A DNA stretch of 64,000 nt from Myxococcota bacterium. GTDB lineage: Bacteria; Myxococcota_A; Polyangia; Nannocystales; Nannocystaceae. A program made the translations under genes and the position numbers. Below are positions 19,673 to 29,163 of the stretch, in pieces; the first letter of the stretch is position 1, and the number at the start of each line of letters is the position of its first letter. The stretch lies in NCBI GenBank assembly GCA_039028615.1, contig JBCCHT010000010.1:64001-128000 (forward strand), read 5' to 3'. The notes beneath the pieces were generated by a model. That model did not search any database, was not told where the DNA came from, and was given only the letters and a program-made list of their open reading frames with translations.

Positions 19673-22171
19673 ATGGACCGCGGACGCGGCGACCGGTCGG
19701 GTATCCCAGGCCTACGGGTAGCGACCGGCGGCGGAGACCTCATCGAGGACATCCATCGCCAGCAGAGGCGTCGGGTGCTCAAGCGAGCAGCGCAGCTGAT
19801 CACGCTGGCGATTGCGTTGTTGTTGATCGGGGTCGCCTTCAAGGTCTTCAAGGATCGTCGCGCCCGCGCGCACGCGCTGACCTCGGCGTATGCCCACTTC
19901 ATCAAGGGCATCCCGCCCGAGATCGATGCGTCGATCCAAGTGCTCGAGCGCAGCATCGCCGACGTCGGCGGGGAGGACCCGGAGACTCTGGCGGCGCGGG
20001 CTCTGGCGCGGGGGCACCAGTGGGCGGAGTTCGGAATCGGCGAGGCCGAAGCGACGACCGCCCTGCAAGCCGTGCCCGACGGGACGCCGGGGCAAGCCCT
20101 GGTCCGCGGCATGATCGCGCTGGGCAACGGTGACCTCGAGGCGGCGCGTGCCGGGCTCGACGAAGATCCGGGGCTCGACGGCGAGGCCGAGCCGGGGCCC
20201 TTCGTCGTCAGCGAGCGCGTGTGGATGAAGGGGGTGCTCACCCTGGCGCAGTCACCCGACGATGCCGAGGCGATCGCGGCCGCCACCACCGAGCTGAAGG
20301 CACGGCTCGAAGAGTCGCCGCAGCAAGTGGCGGTGCGGCGGCAGCTGGTGCTCGCCCTGGTGCTCGGAGGCGACGGCGAGGGAGCGCTGGCCGAGCTGGC
20401 CATCGCCCGCGAGCACGCGCCCAGCCACATGGGCCTGTCCGCCGACGATGCGCTCTACAACGCGTCGCTGCACCAGAAGCTGTCGGGCGTCGCCAGCGTG
20501 GCGGAGCAGCTGCTCGCGCAGAAGCGCCGGGGCCTGAGCACCTCCGACCGGGCCCACGCCCAGCTCGCCCGCGCCGTGGTGCACGTGCAGAGCGGCGAGC
20601 ACGAAGAGGGCCTGAAGATGCTCGACGCCGCGTGGGACGGGCTGCCCGCCTGGGACCTGCTGTCCCGTCGCCTGGCCATCCGCTCCGCGCTCGAGGCAGG
20701 GGACTCCACCCGGATCGAGCAATGGGTCGACGACAGCGCGCTGCCGGAGGCCGAGGGCAACATCTATCGCGCGTGGGCGGTGCTGGTCGAAGGCGACGTC
20801 ATGGGGGCGTTGCGGCGGCTGGCCAAGCTCCCGCAGGCCGACCCGTGGGTGGGCTATCTGCAGGCGCTGGCCCTGGTCGAGCAGGGGCGCTTCGATGAAG
20901 CGGGCGCGTGGATCGAGCACACCGAGAAGAACCTTCGGCCCATGCGGCTGGAGATCGAGGTGGCACGGGCCCGCATGGAGCTGAGGCTGGGCGACAAGAA
21001 GGTCGCGCTGCGCAAGCTCAAGGCTCTGGCCGAGGAGGAAGCTCGGGCGCCGCGGGCCTGGACCGGGCTGGGCGAGGCCTATCTGCTGCAAGACGAGCCC
21101 GACCTGACCGAGGCCAAGAAGGCCTTCCAGCGGGCGATCGAGCGCGAGTCGCATCCGGCCGAGGCCATGCTGCGGCTGGCCGAGGTCTGGGACCTCCGAC
21201 GCACGGAGACCTTCGAGGCCATCCCCAAGGCGCGAGCTCTGCTCGAGCGCGCGGCCAAGACCAACCCGCACTTGCCTCGCTACCGCGAAGAGCTGGCGCT
21301 GTACCTCGCGGACATCGGCTATCCCGACGAGGCGCGGGAGCTGATGGAGGCCACCCTCGACGATCCGGGCATCGGCTGGACGCTGGTCCTCCGGCTCACC
21401 GAGCTGCAGGCCGACGATCGAGACGACTACGATCCCGAGCCGCTGCTGACCCGGGCCACCGAGCTCGGGGCGCCGCCGGTCGAGGTGTCGCTGGTGCGGG
21501 CGGCCATCGACATCGACAGCGGCGACAAAGATCGCATCGCCAAGGCCCAGGCCGACCTGGCCGCGCTGATCGGGACGGCGCCCACCAACGTGCAGGCCCG
21601 GGTCCTGTACTCGAAGACCTTCCTCAAGCAGTTCGATCGCAAGGCGGCCGAGACCGCGGTTCGCCGGGGCATCGCCGCGCTCGAGGACGAGAGCAAGGAC
21701 GGCCGGCTGCTGTTCGCCTGGGCGCAGATCGAGGCCCGCACCGCCAAGACCCGCCGCGCGGCGCCGCGGGCTCGCCGGGCGTGGCTGCACCTGTTGGCGG
21801 AGAACCGCCCGCCCCACGAGCTGCTCGACGTCGCGGACCTGGCCACGCGCCTGTGGCTCAAGATCAAGCGCGAGCGGCCGGCCCTGACCATCGCCGAGCA
21901 GCTCACCGACCGGCTCGGCTACCACAGCATGGCGTGGACGATTCGCGCGCGCACCGAGCTGACGGCCGGCGAGGCCGACAAGGCGCGGGCCAGCGCCAAG
22001 AAGGCCATCGAGATCGACGACCAGAACCCACGCGCGCACGAGATCCACGGCCATGCGTTGCTCCGCTACGGGCTCAAGGACAAGGCGCGGGCGGCCTACG
22101 AAAAAGCGGTGGAGCTGGTGAAGGGCACGCCCCTCGAAGGGCAGTACCGAGCCAACTTCAAGCGCTTCTGA
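19673..22171 (+). CDS. Membrane-anchored TPR protein (start uncertain)
   Basis: Single N-terminal TM (LITLAIALLLIGVAF) followed by many TPR-like repeats. Confidence 0.8.
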   Translation: MDRGRGDRSGIPGLRVATGGGDLIEDIHRQQRRRVLKRAAQLITLAIALLLIGVAFKVFKDRRARAHALTSAYAHFIKGIPPEIDASIQVLERSIADVGGEDPETLAARALARGHQWAEFGIGEAEATTALQAVPDGTPGQALVRGMIALGNGDLEAARAGLDEDPGLDGEAEPGPFVVSERVWMKGVLTLAQSPDDAEAIAAATTELKARLEESPQQVAVRRQLVLALVLGGDGEGALAELAIAREHAPSHMGLSADDALYNASLHQKLSGVASVAEQLLAQKRRGLSTSDRAHAQLARAVVHVQSGEHEEGLKMLDAAWDGLPAWDLLSRRLAIRSALEAGDSTRIEQWVDDSALPEAEGNIYRAWAVLVEGDVMGALRRLAKLPQADPWVGYLQALALVEQGRFDEAGAWIEHTEKNLRPMRLEIEVARARMELRLGDKKVALRKLKALAEEEARAPRAWTGLGEAYLLQDEPDLTEAKKAFQRAIERESHPAEAMLRLAEVWDLRRTETFEAIPKARALLERAAKTNPHLPRYREELALYLADIGYPDEARELMEATLDDPGIGWTLVLRLTELQADDRDDYDPEPLLTRATELGAPPVEVSLVRAAIDIDSGDKDRIAKAQADLAALIGTAPTNVQARVLYSKTFLKQFDRKAAETAVRRGIAALEDESKDGRLLFAWAQIEARTAKTRRAAPRARRAWLHLLAENRPPHELLDVADLATRLWLKIKRERPALTIAEQLTDRLGYHSMAWTIRARTELTAGEADKARASAKKAIEIDDQNPRAHEIHGHALLRYGLKDKARAAYEKAVELVKGTPLEGQYRANFKRF

Positions 22172-22238
22172 GCCCGAGGCGAGCGCGGAAGAGCGCTGAG
22201 GGCCAGGAATTCGACCCTGGCCCCCCGGCTGCGCCAAA

Positions 22239-23222
22239 ATGGGGACTACCGTGTCCCCCGTTCGTCATGGCAATTGGGCCCTAGGGCCGATCCTGGCCCT
22301 TTTCGGAGCCTGCCAGGGCGAGGCGGTGAGCGACGATGCGGGCTCGCAGGGGGTCTGCATCGCCGATCCGGTGCCCCATCGGGTGCTCGTCGACGAGTGC
22401 GAGACGGACGCGGACTGTCCCTTGGGCACCATCTGCGGTCTCCTGCCGGGCGCCGACGCTACCGCGTCCGAGGTCTGCACGCCGCCGCGGGGAGCTCATG
22501 CGCCCAGTGATGCGCTGACCGAGGGCTTCGGCGTTCCGCAGATGTCGGGAGGCTTGGCCTCGGTGGCGCTGCCCGTGGCCGACGGCGACGTGGTGGACGT
22601 GGAGCTGTCGTGGCGAGCCCCCAGCGACGCCCGGGTGGTGACCTGCGTGCTGCTGGCCTGCCCGCCCGTGATCGAGGACGGGACGATCATCAACTACGAC
22701 CAGTGCGTGCTGGCGCGGGCGACCTCGACGCAGACCCAGGGGGCCTTCAGCTTCGATGACGCGGGCTCGGTCTATGACGCCGGCTCGGTCGATGACTGCG
22801 ACGGAGCGGCGCCGACCGTCGACACGCGCGGCCAGTATGCGGTGACCGAGCTGCTCGCGGGATGCTGGGCCTACGGGTCCGCGAACTTGATCGCGGCGAC
22901 CCGGCTACTGCGGCCCACGCCCGATCAGGTCTCCGACTTTCACGACAACTTCGATCTCGACTGCCGAGGCAACGGCGCCGACGGCCGCACGTGCCTGCTC
23001 GAGGACGGGACCATGGGCTCGTGCTCAGCCGAGCAGTGCCTGCGTCGTTGCCTGCGGGACGAGGACTGTGCGCCCGACGGGACCCAGGCCCGCGAGGGCG
23101 CCTGCGATCGCTCGATCGTCTTCGGCATGCTCTCGGTCTGCGAAGACCTGGGCCCGGTTCGCACCGATGAGGACGAGGCGGCGGGGAGCGATGCGCGCCC
23201 CTGGGCGGGGGAGGGCCCCTGA
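22239..23222 (+). CDS. Cys-rich hypothetical lipoprotein
   Basis: Lipobox FGAC; C..D.DC motifs at both ends. Confidence 0.7.
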   Translation: MGTTVSPVRHGNWALGPILALFGACQGEAVSDDAGSQGVCIADPVPHRVLVDECETDADCPLGTICGLLPGADATASEVCTPPRGAHAPSDALTEGFGVPQMSGGLASVALPVADGDVVDVELSWRAPSDARVVTCVLLACPPVIEDGTIINYDQCVLARATSTQTQGAFSFDDAGSVYDAGSVDDCDGAAPTVDTRGQYAVTELLAGCWAYGSANLIAATRLLRPTPDQVSDFHDNFDLDCRGNGADGRTCLLEDGTMGSCSAEQCLRRCLRDEDCAPDGTQAREGACDRSIVFGMLSVCEDLGPVRTDEDEAAGSDARPWAGEGP

Positions 23223-23223
23223 C

Positions 23224-25692
23224 ATGCCGCTGACCGTCGAACTCGATGATGGCCAGCGCTGGCGGGTGTGCTCCTCGCACGCGCGCGTGAGCGTGAAGGT
23301 GCGGTTTACCGAGCTGCCGCGCGAGGGGGTCGAGCCTCAGCCCAAGATCCTCTACGAGAAGCGGACCACCCGGATGCTGCGCTTCCCGGTTCGCTCCAAG
23401 GCGCGGATGCTGAAGCGTCGCCCCGAGGAAGAGGACTGGACCGACGACGTCACCGTGGAGGCAGGCCTGTTCCTGTCGCGGCGCATCATCTTCGAGGTCG
23501 GCAAGCGCTACGACCCACCGCACGCGGCGAGCATCTGGCTCATCCCCAAGGCCTCGGCCGTGCTCGCGGCGGCGCTGCTGGTGGCGTGCCTGGTGACGCT
23601 GGCGTGGACCACCGCGGCCACGCTCTCCACGCTGCACCTGAACTTCTCGTACTCGGACGCGGTCACCGGGATCGGCGGCCTGACCCTGCTCGGCTTGGCG
23701 GGCAAGGTGATCCGCAGCGTCACCGACCAGGTGCGGCGGCACGGCGTTCCTCTCTATGGCGTGGGCTACATGCTCGGGCGCACCCTGGCGGCGTGCGTGA
23801 TGGTGAGCCTCACGCTGGGCCTGGTGATGCCGCAGTGCGTCACCACCGTCATCAACGACACCGAGGCGGAGATCGAGCTGACGATTCCCGGCTCTCCCGA
23901 TCGCGTGTCCTTGCGGCCGCACCAGCGGCTGACCTTCCTCGGGAACCCTTCGGGCGTGCGAGACAAGGTCAAGGACGGCTTCAGCAAGCCCGATCGCTTC
24001 TGCGCGGGGCGGGCGGATGCCACGTCGATGTTCGACAACGTGATCGAGGTGCTCGCCGAGACCCGAGAGCCCTGCCTCGCCTCGCTCGGGCAGGACGGCT
24101 CGGTGAGCACCGATGCGCCGCTATGGGGCTGGCTGTCGCCTTCGTCGATTCCGCTCGGGTGCACCTCGAGCCCGTGGGACGGGGTCGGCGTCGGCCAGGT
24201 GGAGCTGGAGACGCGCGTCGGGACCTACCCGAGCCCCCACAGCGACGGCCTCATGGTCGACTACAACGAAGCGTGCGAGCCGGTGAAGGGGGCCCATGTC
24301 CAGGTCAAACTCGACCCGCCGCCGGGCGAGAACTTCTTGGCCGCGTATCGCATCTGGCATCCCTTTACGGTCGAGCAGGTCGAGCAGACGGCCCGCGTGG
24401 CGGTAGAGTCGGAGCCGGGTCAGGCGCTGCGGCTGGTGATGTCCGACGAGGGGGAGGACGGGGCGGAGGCGGACAAACCCCGTCGCCCGCACCTGGTCGT
24501 CGATGCCCTGCAAGACGGCGGCATCTCGGCGCTGATGCCCACCCCGTTTGCCGCCAGCGTCTCGGAGCTATCGGTGTTGCTCGGGGGTCCCAGCGGTGAC
24601 CTCGAGCGCGCGCGGGTGCTCGAACAGGGGGCGTTGCGCTGTGTTCGGCACGACTCGGCCCTGCAGAGCTACTTCCGGCTGGTGCCCGTGCCGACCTACG
24701 GCAACCGGGCCCGGGTGCTCGAGCTGCGGGCTCGCTCCACCGCGTTGCCGGCCTGGGAATCGCAGTGGAACAACCTGCGGCCTTCGAGCGCGACCGGGGC
24801 CGCGCCGCGACTTTGCGTGGTGGCCCCCAGCCCGGACGGCGTCGCCACGACCCCGGCCATTCCGCCTCGCTCGCTGTCGCTGTCCGTGGCGGTGTCCTTC
24901 CCGCGTTTTGGTGAGTCGGTCTCGCTGCGCGTGCCTGCGTCCTATGCCGCCCGCGTGATCGAAGTTTCCGCCCAGTCGCCAGCGGGTGGGGTGATGCGGG
25001 GCAGCTTGACCTGTGTGCCCACCGGACCCGATGCGTTCGTCGCCTACGAGATCGGCCCGTTGTGGATCGAGGGAGCCAAGGGAGGCTCCGTCAACGACGT
25101 GTCCGAGCTGCAGATCGACTCGAAGGCCCCGGCCCCGACCGCGGCCGAGCTCGTCCAGCTCGAAGAGGATCGAAGCCGGTGCCGTCGCGAGCCTCCGTCG
25201 TGCAGCGCAGAGGGCTGCGAGCAGCTCGCCAAGCGCGTCGAGGTATGCCTCGAAGCGGCCCAAGGCAAGTACGACAACCAACGGCAGAAGATCGTCCGCA
25301 AGTACGAGTGGCGCTCGCAGTGGAGCACCGACGGCAACGAAGGGGCGAGCAACGCAGCTGGTTGGTTCCCGCCCTGGGTCTGCCGCCCCGTGCTCCCCGA
25401 CGATGCGGGCTGTCTCGGCTGCAACCGCGAGGTCTCCACGCCCAACCAGGTGACGGGGGATGTCCGAACGCGGCGCTGGAACGACGCCTCCGTGTTCCTG
25501 TCCGAGGGGCGCGCTCGGCTGCAGGTCTCGGGGCGCAAGCCCTGCTATCTCCACTTCGAAACCGGGCGTCCGCAGAACACCTGCCCCCGGTCCTGCGAGA
25601 AGCTCAAGGCCCCGCAGCTCAAGCGCTACAACCGGGATTTTGGGACTTCGTGCCCTGCCATCCACCTGTGCGATCCGAAGAAACAATGCTGA
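23224..25692 (+). CDS. Hypothetical membrane protein with about 3 TM segments and a large Cys-rich extracytoplasmic region
   Basis: ATG 1 nt after the upstream stop; three hydrophobic segments near the N-terminus; many paired Cys. Confidence 0.7.
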   Translation: MPLTVELDDGQRWRVCSSHARVSVKVRFTELPREGVEPQPKILYEKRTTRMLRFPVRSKARMLKRRPEEEDWTDDVTVEAGLFLSRRIIFEVGKRYDPPHAASIWLIPKASAVLAAALLVACLVTLAWTTAATLSTLHLNFSYSDAVTGIGGLTLLGLAGKVIRSVTDQVRRHGVPLYGVGYMLGRTLAACVMVSLTLGLVMPQCVTTVINDTEAEIELTIPGSPDRVSLRPHQRLTFLGNPSGVRDKVKDGFSKPDRFCAGRADATSMFDNVIEVLAETREPCLASLGQDGSVSTDAPLWGWLSPSSIPLGCTSSPWDGVGVGQVELETRVGTYPSPHSDGLMVDYNEACEPVKGAHVQVKLDPPPGENFLAAYRIWHPFTVEQVEQTARVAVESEPGQALRLVMSDEGEDGAEADKPRRPHLVVDALQDGGISALMPTPFAASVSELSVLLGGPSGDLERARVLEQGALRCVRHDSALQSYFRLVPVPTYGNRARVLELRARSTALPAWESQWNNLRPSSATGAAPRLCVVAPSPDGVATTPAIPPRSLSLSVAVSFPRFGESVSLRVPASYAARVIEVSAQSPAGGVMRGSLTCVPTGPDAFVAYEIGPLWIEGAKGGSVNDVSELQIDSKAPAPTAAELVQLEEDRSRCRREPPSCSAEGCEQLAKRVEVCLEAAQGKYDNQRQKIVRKYEWRSQWSTDGNEGASNAAGWFPPWVCRPVLPDDAGCLGCNREVSTPNQVTGDVRTRRWNDASVFLSEGRARLQVSGRKPCYLHFETGRPQNTCPRSCEKLKAPQLKRYNRDFGTSCPAIHLCDPKKQC

Positions 25693-28001
25693 GGACGTGG
25701 TGGCTGTGGTGCGTGCTGTCCATGGTGGGGGTTGCCCTGCCGGGCATCGCGTGGGCGAGCCCCGGGGAGGTCACGATTGCCCTCGAGACCGACGGCCGGC
25801 CCGAGTCTCCGGGCTGGGTCTGCGTCGTGTCTCAGGGCCAGAGCCACTCGCAAGACGACGCGGTGTGGCTCGAGGATGCGCTGAAGGCCGCCCCCGAAGG
25901 ACAGCTGTCCACCGCGAACGCGGAGAAGCTCGCCGGGTCGATCCGCGCCTACGACTGGAGCCGGTCCGAATCGGTGGAGACGATGGTCGACGTCTTGAAC
26001 GCGATGGCGCCGAGCAACCTCGAGCCGGCCTGCGGCGGCGCACCGGGCAAGCCCCAGCTATGCGCTGCGACGGTGGCTCCCGAGGCGCTCACCAAGCGCT
26101 CGCTGATCTGCACCGCCAACGAGCGGCAAGCGGGGGCGCCGAAACGCGTGCTTTGGCTCGAGGTCTCCTCCCGTGATGCGCAGAGCGCCAAGGCCTACGT
26201 CGACGAAATCTCGCTCAACGGCGCGGTGCTGACGATCGGGACCAACCTGCGGGGGCGGGAGGCGGTGAAGGTCGTCACTTCGGTCGGGGGCCACTACCTC
26301 GCGGGCGCCGAGGTACGCACCGCCTCGGCCGATGCCATCGTCCTGCAGCTCGAGTCTCGGTGTCGTTGGGTCCGCGTCGAGGTGCCGCCGATCGACCTTC
26401 CGACGGGGGGCCGGGGACGACCGGTGTTCACCCTCGAGCACGATGGCCAGACCACCGAGATCGCCGATGCCTGCGTGCGGGGGAGCGTGCGCGCCCAGTC
26501 GCTGGCGCTGCGCTTGCCCCATGGACGTCGCGCGTCGGTGGGACAGGCCACGGCTCCCATGCGCTTGGTCGGCACCATCGAGCAGAAGATTCCCGCGCTG
26601 CCCAACGCGCGGATCGTGGCGGCCACGCGTCATGAGCCGGCGTACCCGCGGCAGGCCAAGCCGCCGGCCGAAGGAGCCGAGGCCCACCAGGTCGCGTCCC
26701 ACGAGGTCGAGGGCAAGCGCATCGACATTCCCCTCAGCGCGCGGTGGTCCTCGTCGTGGCCGACCGAGCCGCTATTCCTCGAGCCCGAGGTGGTCACCTT
26801 CTTCTGGCCCCGCAGCGCCTGCTTCTACCCCGAGGGCTGCCCCAGCGCGCGCGTGGCCGGGGCGGACACCACCTGCGAGCAGTTCGTGGGGCTCGACGGC
26901 TGCCACTATCGCTGCGACGTCACCCAGACCAACGTCGGCATCGTGGGCGACGAGTTCGTGGTGCCGGTAGAGTTCACCGACGACCACCACGGAGTGCCGC
27001 GGCCCCGATGGGGCGGCACCCTCGGTCGTCTCAACCAGCGCTTCTTTCGGAGCGTGCCGGCCGGCGAACGCAGCGTGAAGGTCGACCTGCACGCGTGGGC
27101 TCGAGACTACGACCCCGGCTACAAGTGGCTGCCCACGCGGAGGGCCTCGACGTACGACACGCCCGATCGTGTGGTGCACGCGCCCGGCGACGAGATCGAG
27201 GCGTTGACCCTGCGGCGCTCCACGGGAGTCGAGCGCCGCATCGAGTTCGGCAAGAACACCACCCGCGAGTACTTCCTCGAGCTGCCCGACCTCCAGTGTG
27301 GCAAGGGCGAGTCGTTCACCATCAAGGTCGAGGGCGAGCGCGAGTACGTCACCACCGAGCTGCCGTTCGCGCAGGGGTCCATCGAGGTGCCGCACCCGAT
27401 GAGCATGGCTCGCGTCGCCTACTTCGGCACCGGGGTCACGGTCGGGTTCACGCGGGTCCTGAGCCCCTCGGATGCCCGGGAGGCGGGCTCATGGGGCCCA
27501 GCGTTCGGCTTCGACCTGTCGCTGCGGCTTCGGCCGCGGCTCTTCGCTCGCGGCTGGCGGTTCGAGCTGCCGCGGTTCGCCTACCTGCTCGGGACGCAGC
27601 CCTTCTTCCCCTTGAGCGAAAACCCGGGCGAGCCTTCGGACGTCGACGGGCGGCGGGCCTACGGTCGCTTCATGCTCGGCTTCGTCGCCCGCACGCCCCA
27701 GTGGAAGCCGCTGACCAGCGTGCGGATCAGCGGTGCCTTCGGGCTCATGGCCAGCGCAGGGGCCCCCGTATTGGCGCGACACATCGAGCTGGTCGGTGAC
27801 GTCTCGCCCGGCTTGGTGCCCATGGCCGAGGTGGTGGTGGGAGTGAGTCGGCGCATCGAGCTGCGGGCCACGCCTCAGCTCATCTGCCTGGAGACCTTCC
27901 ATCGCCACCAGACCGACCTGCGGGGAGCGGCGCGGGACGTCGGGCTGCCGCTGCGCATGTGCAGCGTGTTCATGGGGGCCGGCGTCGCCGGGACCTGGTA
28001 G
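25686..28001 (+). CDS. Hypothetical secreted protein with probable C-terminal beta-barrel
   Basis: Start overlaps the upstream stop; signal peptide ending IAWA; C-terminal amphipathic strands ending GVAGTW. Confidence 0.7.
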   Translation: MLRTWWLWCVLSMVGVALPGIAWASPGEVTIALETDGRPESPGWVCVVSQGQSHSQDDAVWLEDALKAAPEGQLSTANAEKLAGSIRAYDWSRSESVETMVDVLNAMAPSNLEPACGGAPGKPQLCAATVAPEALTKRSLICTANERQAGAPKRVLWLEVSSRDAQSAKAYVDEISLNGAVLTIGTNLRGREAVKVVTSVGGHYLAGAEVRTASADAIVLQLESRCRWVRVEVPPIDLPTGGRGRPVFTLEHDGQTTEIADACVRGSVRAQSLALRLPHGRRASVGQATAPMRLVGTIEQKIPALPNARIVAATRHEPAYPRQAKPPAEGAEAHQVASHEVEGKRIDIPLSARWSSSWPTEPLFLEPEVVTFFWPRSACFYPEGCPSARVAGADTTCEQFVGLDGCHYRCDVTQTNVGIVGDEFVVPVEFTDDHHGVPRPRWGGTLGRLNQRFFRSVPAGERSVKVDLHAWARDYDPGYKWLPTRRASTYDTPDRVVHAPGDEIEALTLRRSTGVERRIEFGKNTTREYFLELPDLQCGKGESFTIKVEGEREYVTTELPFAQGSIEVPHPMSMARVAYFGTGVTVGFTRVLSPSDAREAGSWGPAFGFDLSLRLRPRLFARGWRFELPRFAYLLGTQPFFPLSENPGEPSDVDGRRAYGRFMLGFVARTPQWKPLTSVRISGAFGLMASAGAPVLARHIELVGDVSPGLVPMAEVVVGVSRRIELRATPQLICLETFHRHQTDLRGAARDVGLPLRMCSVFMGAGVAGTW

Positions 28002-28062
28002 GCGAAAAAAAATCGCACGGGTCCCGCGTTGGATCGAGCAGAGCGCGTGGATAGGGGAGGGC

Positions 28063-29163
28063 ATGAACCGCTGTCATGCCCCCAAGGCATTGTTCTCCGT
28101 CCTCGCGCCGACCGTGCTCGGTTGCCTGGCCGACGCCCCCTACGAGTCCCTCGAACTCGAGATGCGGACCTCGGTCGCAGGTGAGGTCGAGCCCGCCGTC
28201 CCGACCCTCGGGCGCATCCCGCAGCCCTTCGATCCGAGGCTGGAGCCCGAGCCGGAGCCCGAACCCGAGCCCGAGCCGATCGACGCCGAGGCCCTCGAAG
28301 GCCTGCACATCGAGGACCTGGCCGCTCTGCAGTCGTTTTCGGTGACCTACGAGATGGACCCGCTGCCCTCGGCCTCGTTTCCCTTCACCGCCCCGGAGAT
28401 CGTCGACCCCGACCACGGCTGGCCCGCGCATGCGCTGCAATGGAAGGCGCACCACTCCGGGATGCCGATCGACATGACCACCGCCGGGGTCCTCGTGTCG
28501 CTCACGACGCCCGCGGTGGCCATGGGTCTGCAGGTCGATGCCATCGACGAGCTTTATCTCGACTCGTTCGAGGCCTCGAGCATCTTTAGCGCGGATCCTC
28601 CGGGCGAGTGGCAGACCCGGCTGTTTGCCGACCCCGCCGTCGGCTTGGCCTTCGCCGCGCTGATGATGCACTACTGGGACACCCCGGTGTACGTCGACGG
28701 CCACCACAACTACGCGATGGGATCCGGTGCCTATGGTTCGTACTCGCGGGTCATCGCGCTGCAGCAGCTCGAGTTCCAGCTGCCGTCGGCGCCGGATCTC
28801 CTGTCTGCGTGCGGCTTGGGTCCCAACACTCCGCCGGCCGTGGCCGCCGCGACGATCCCGAACTGCAACCATGGGGCGGTACTCACTGGCGATCAGGTCA
28901 CGCTGTGGAACGACTCGCTGTGTCCGGGCTGCCCGACCCACAACTACGTGGCCTGCGATGCCGACACGTCCTTGGCCCCCATCGATCTGCACTTGGCCTG
29001 GGTCAACGGGTTCAACCGCGGTCGGATGGTGTTCGATCCACCCGACGACGTGACCGAGGAAACCGTCGACGGCCTGGTCGATCTGGCCGAAGCCCTTGCC
29101 GACCAGCTGCTCGTGCCCAACGAAGAGGGCGTGCTGGTCCGGGCCAGCGCTATAGCTTGGTGA
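28063..29163 (+). CDS. Hypothetical lipoprotein with (Glu-Pro)n linker
   Basis: GGGGAGG RBS, lipobox VLGC, EPEPEPEPEPEP repeat. Confidence 0.65.
   Translation: MNRCHAPKALFSVLAPTVLGCLADAPYESLELEMRTSVAGEVEPAVPTLGRIPQPFDPRLEPEPEPEPEPEPIDAEALEGLHIEDLAALQSFSVTYEMDPLPSASFPFTAPEIVDPDHGWPAHALQWKAHHSGMPIDMTTAGVLVSLTTPAVAMGLQVDAIDELYLDSFEASSIFSADPPGEWQTRLFADPAVGLAFAALMMHYWDTPVYVDGHHNYAMGSGAYGSYSRVIALQQLEFQLPSAPDLLSACGLGPNTPPAVAAATIPNCNHGAVLTGDQVTLWNDSLCPGCPTHNYVACDADTSLAPIDLHLAWVNGFNRGRMVFDPPDDVTEETVDGLVDLAEALADQLLVPNEEGVLVRASAIAW

Noticed and set aside
25062..25685. N-terminal extension of the 25062..28001 ORF
   Set aside because: Arg-rich off-frame read of the upstream gene; the signal peptide begins at ATG 25686
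28241..28278. Short tandem repeats (EP)n, also PPAPPAPE twice near 36765-36830 and D/N repeats near 61015-61050
   Set aside because: In-frame low-complexity protein linkers, not CRISPR or mobile repeats
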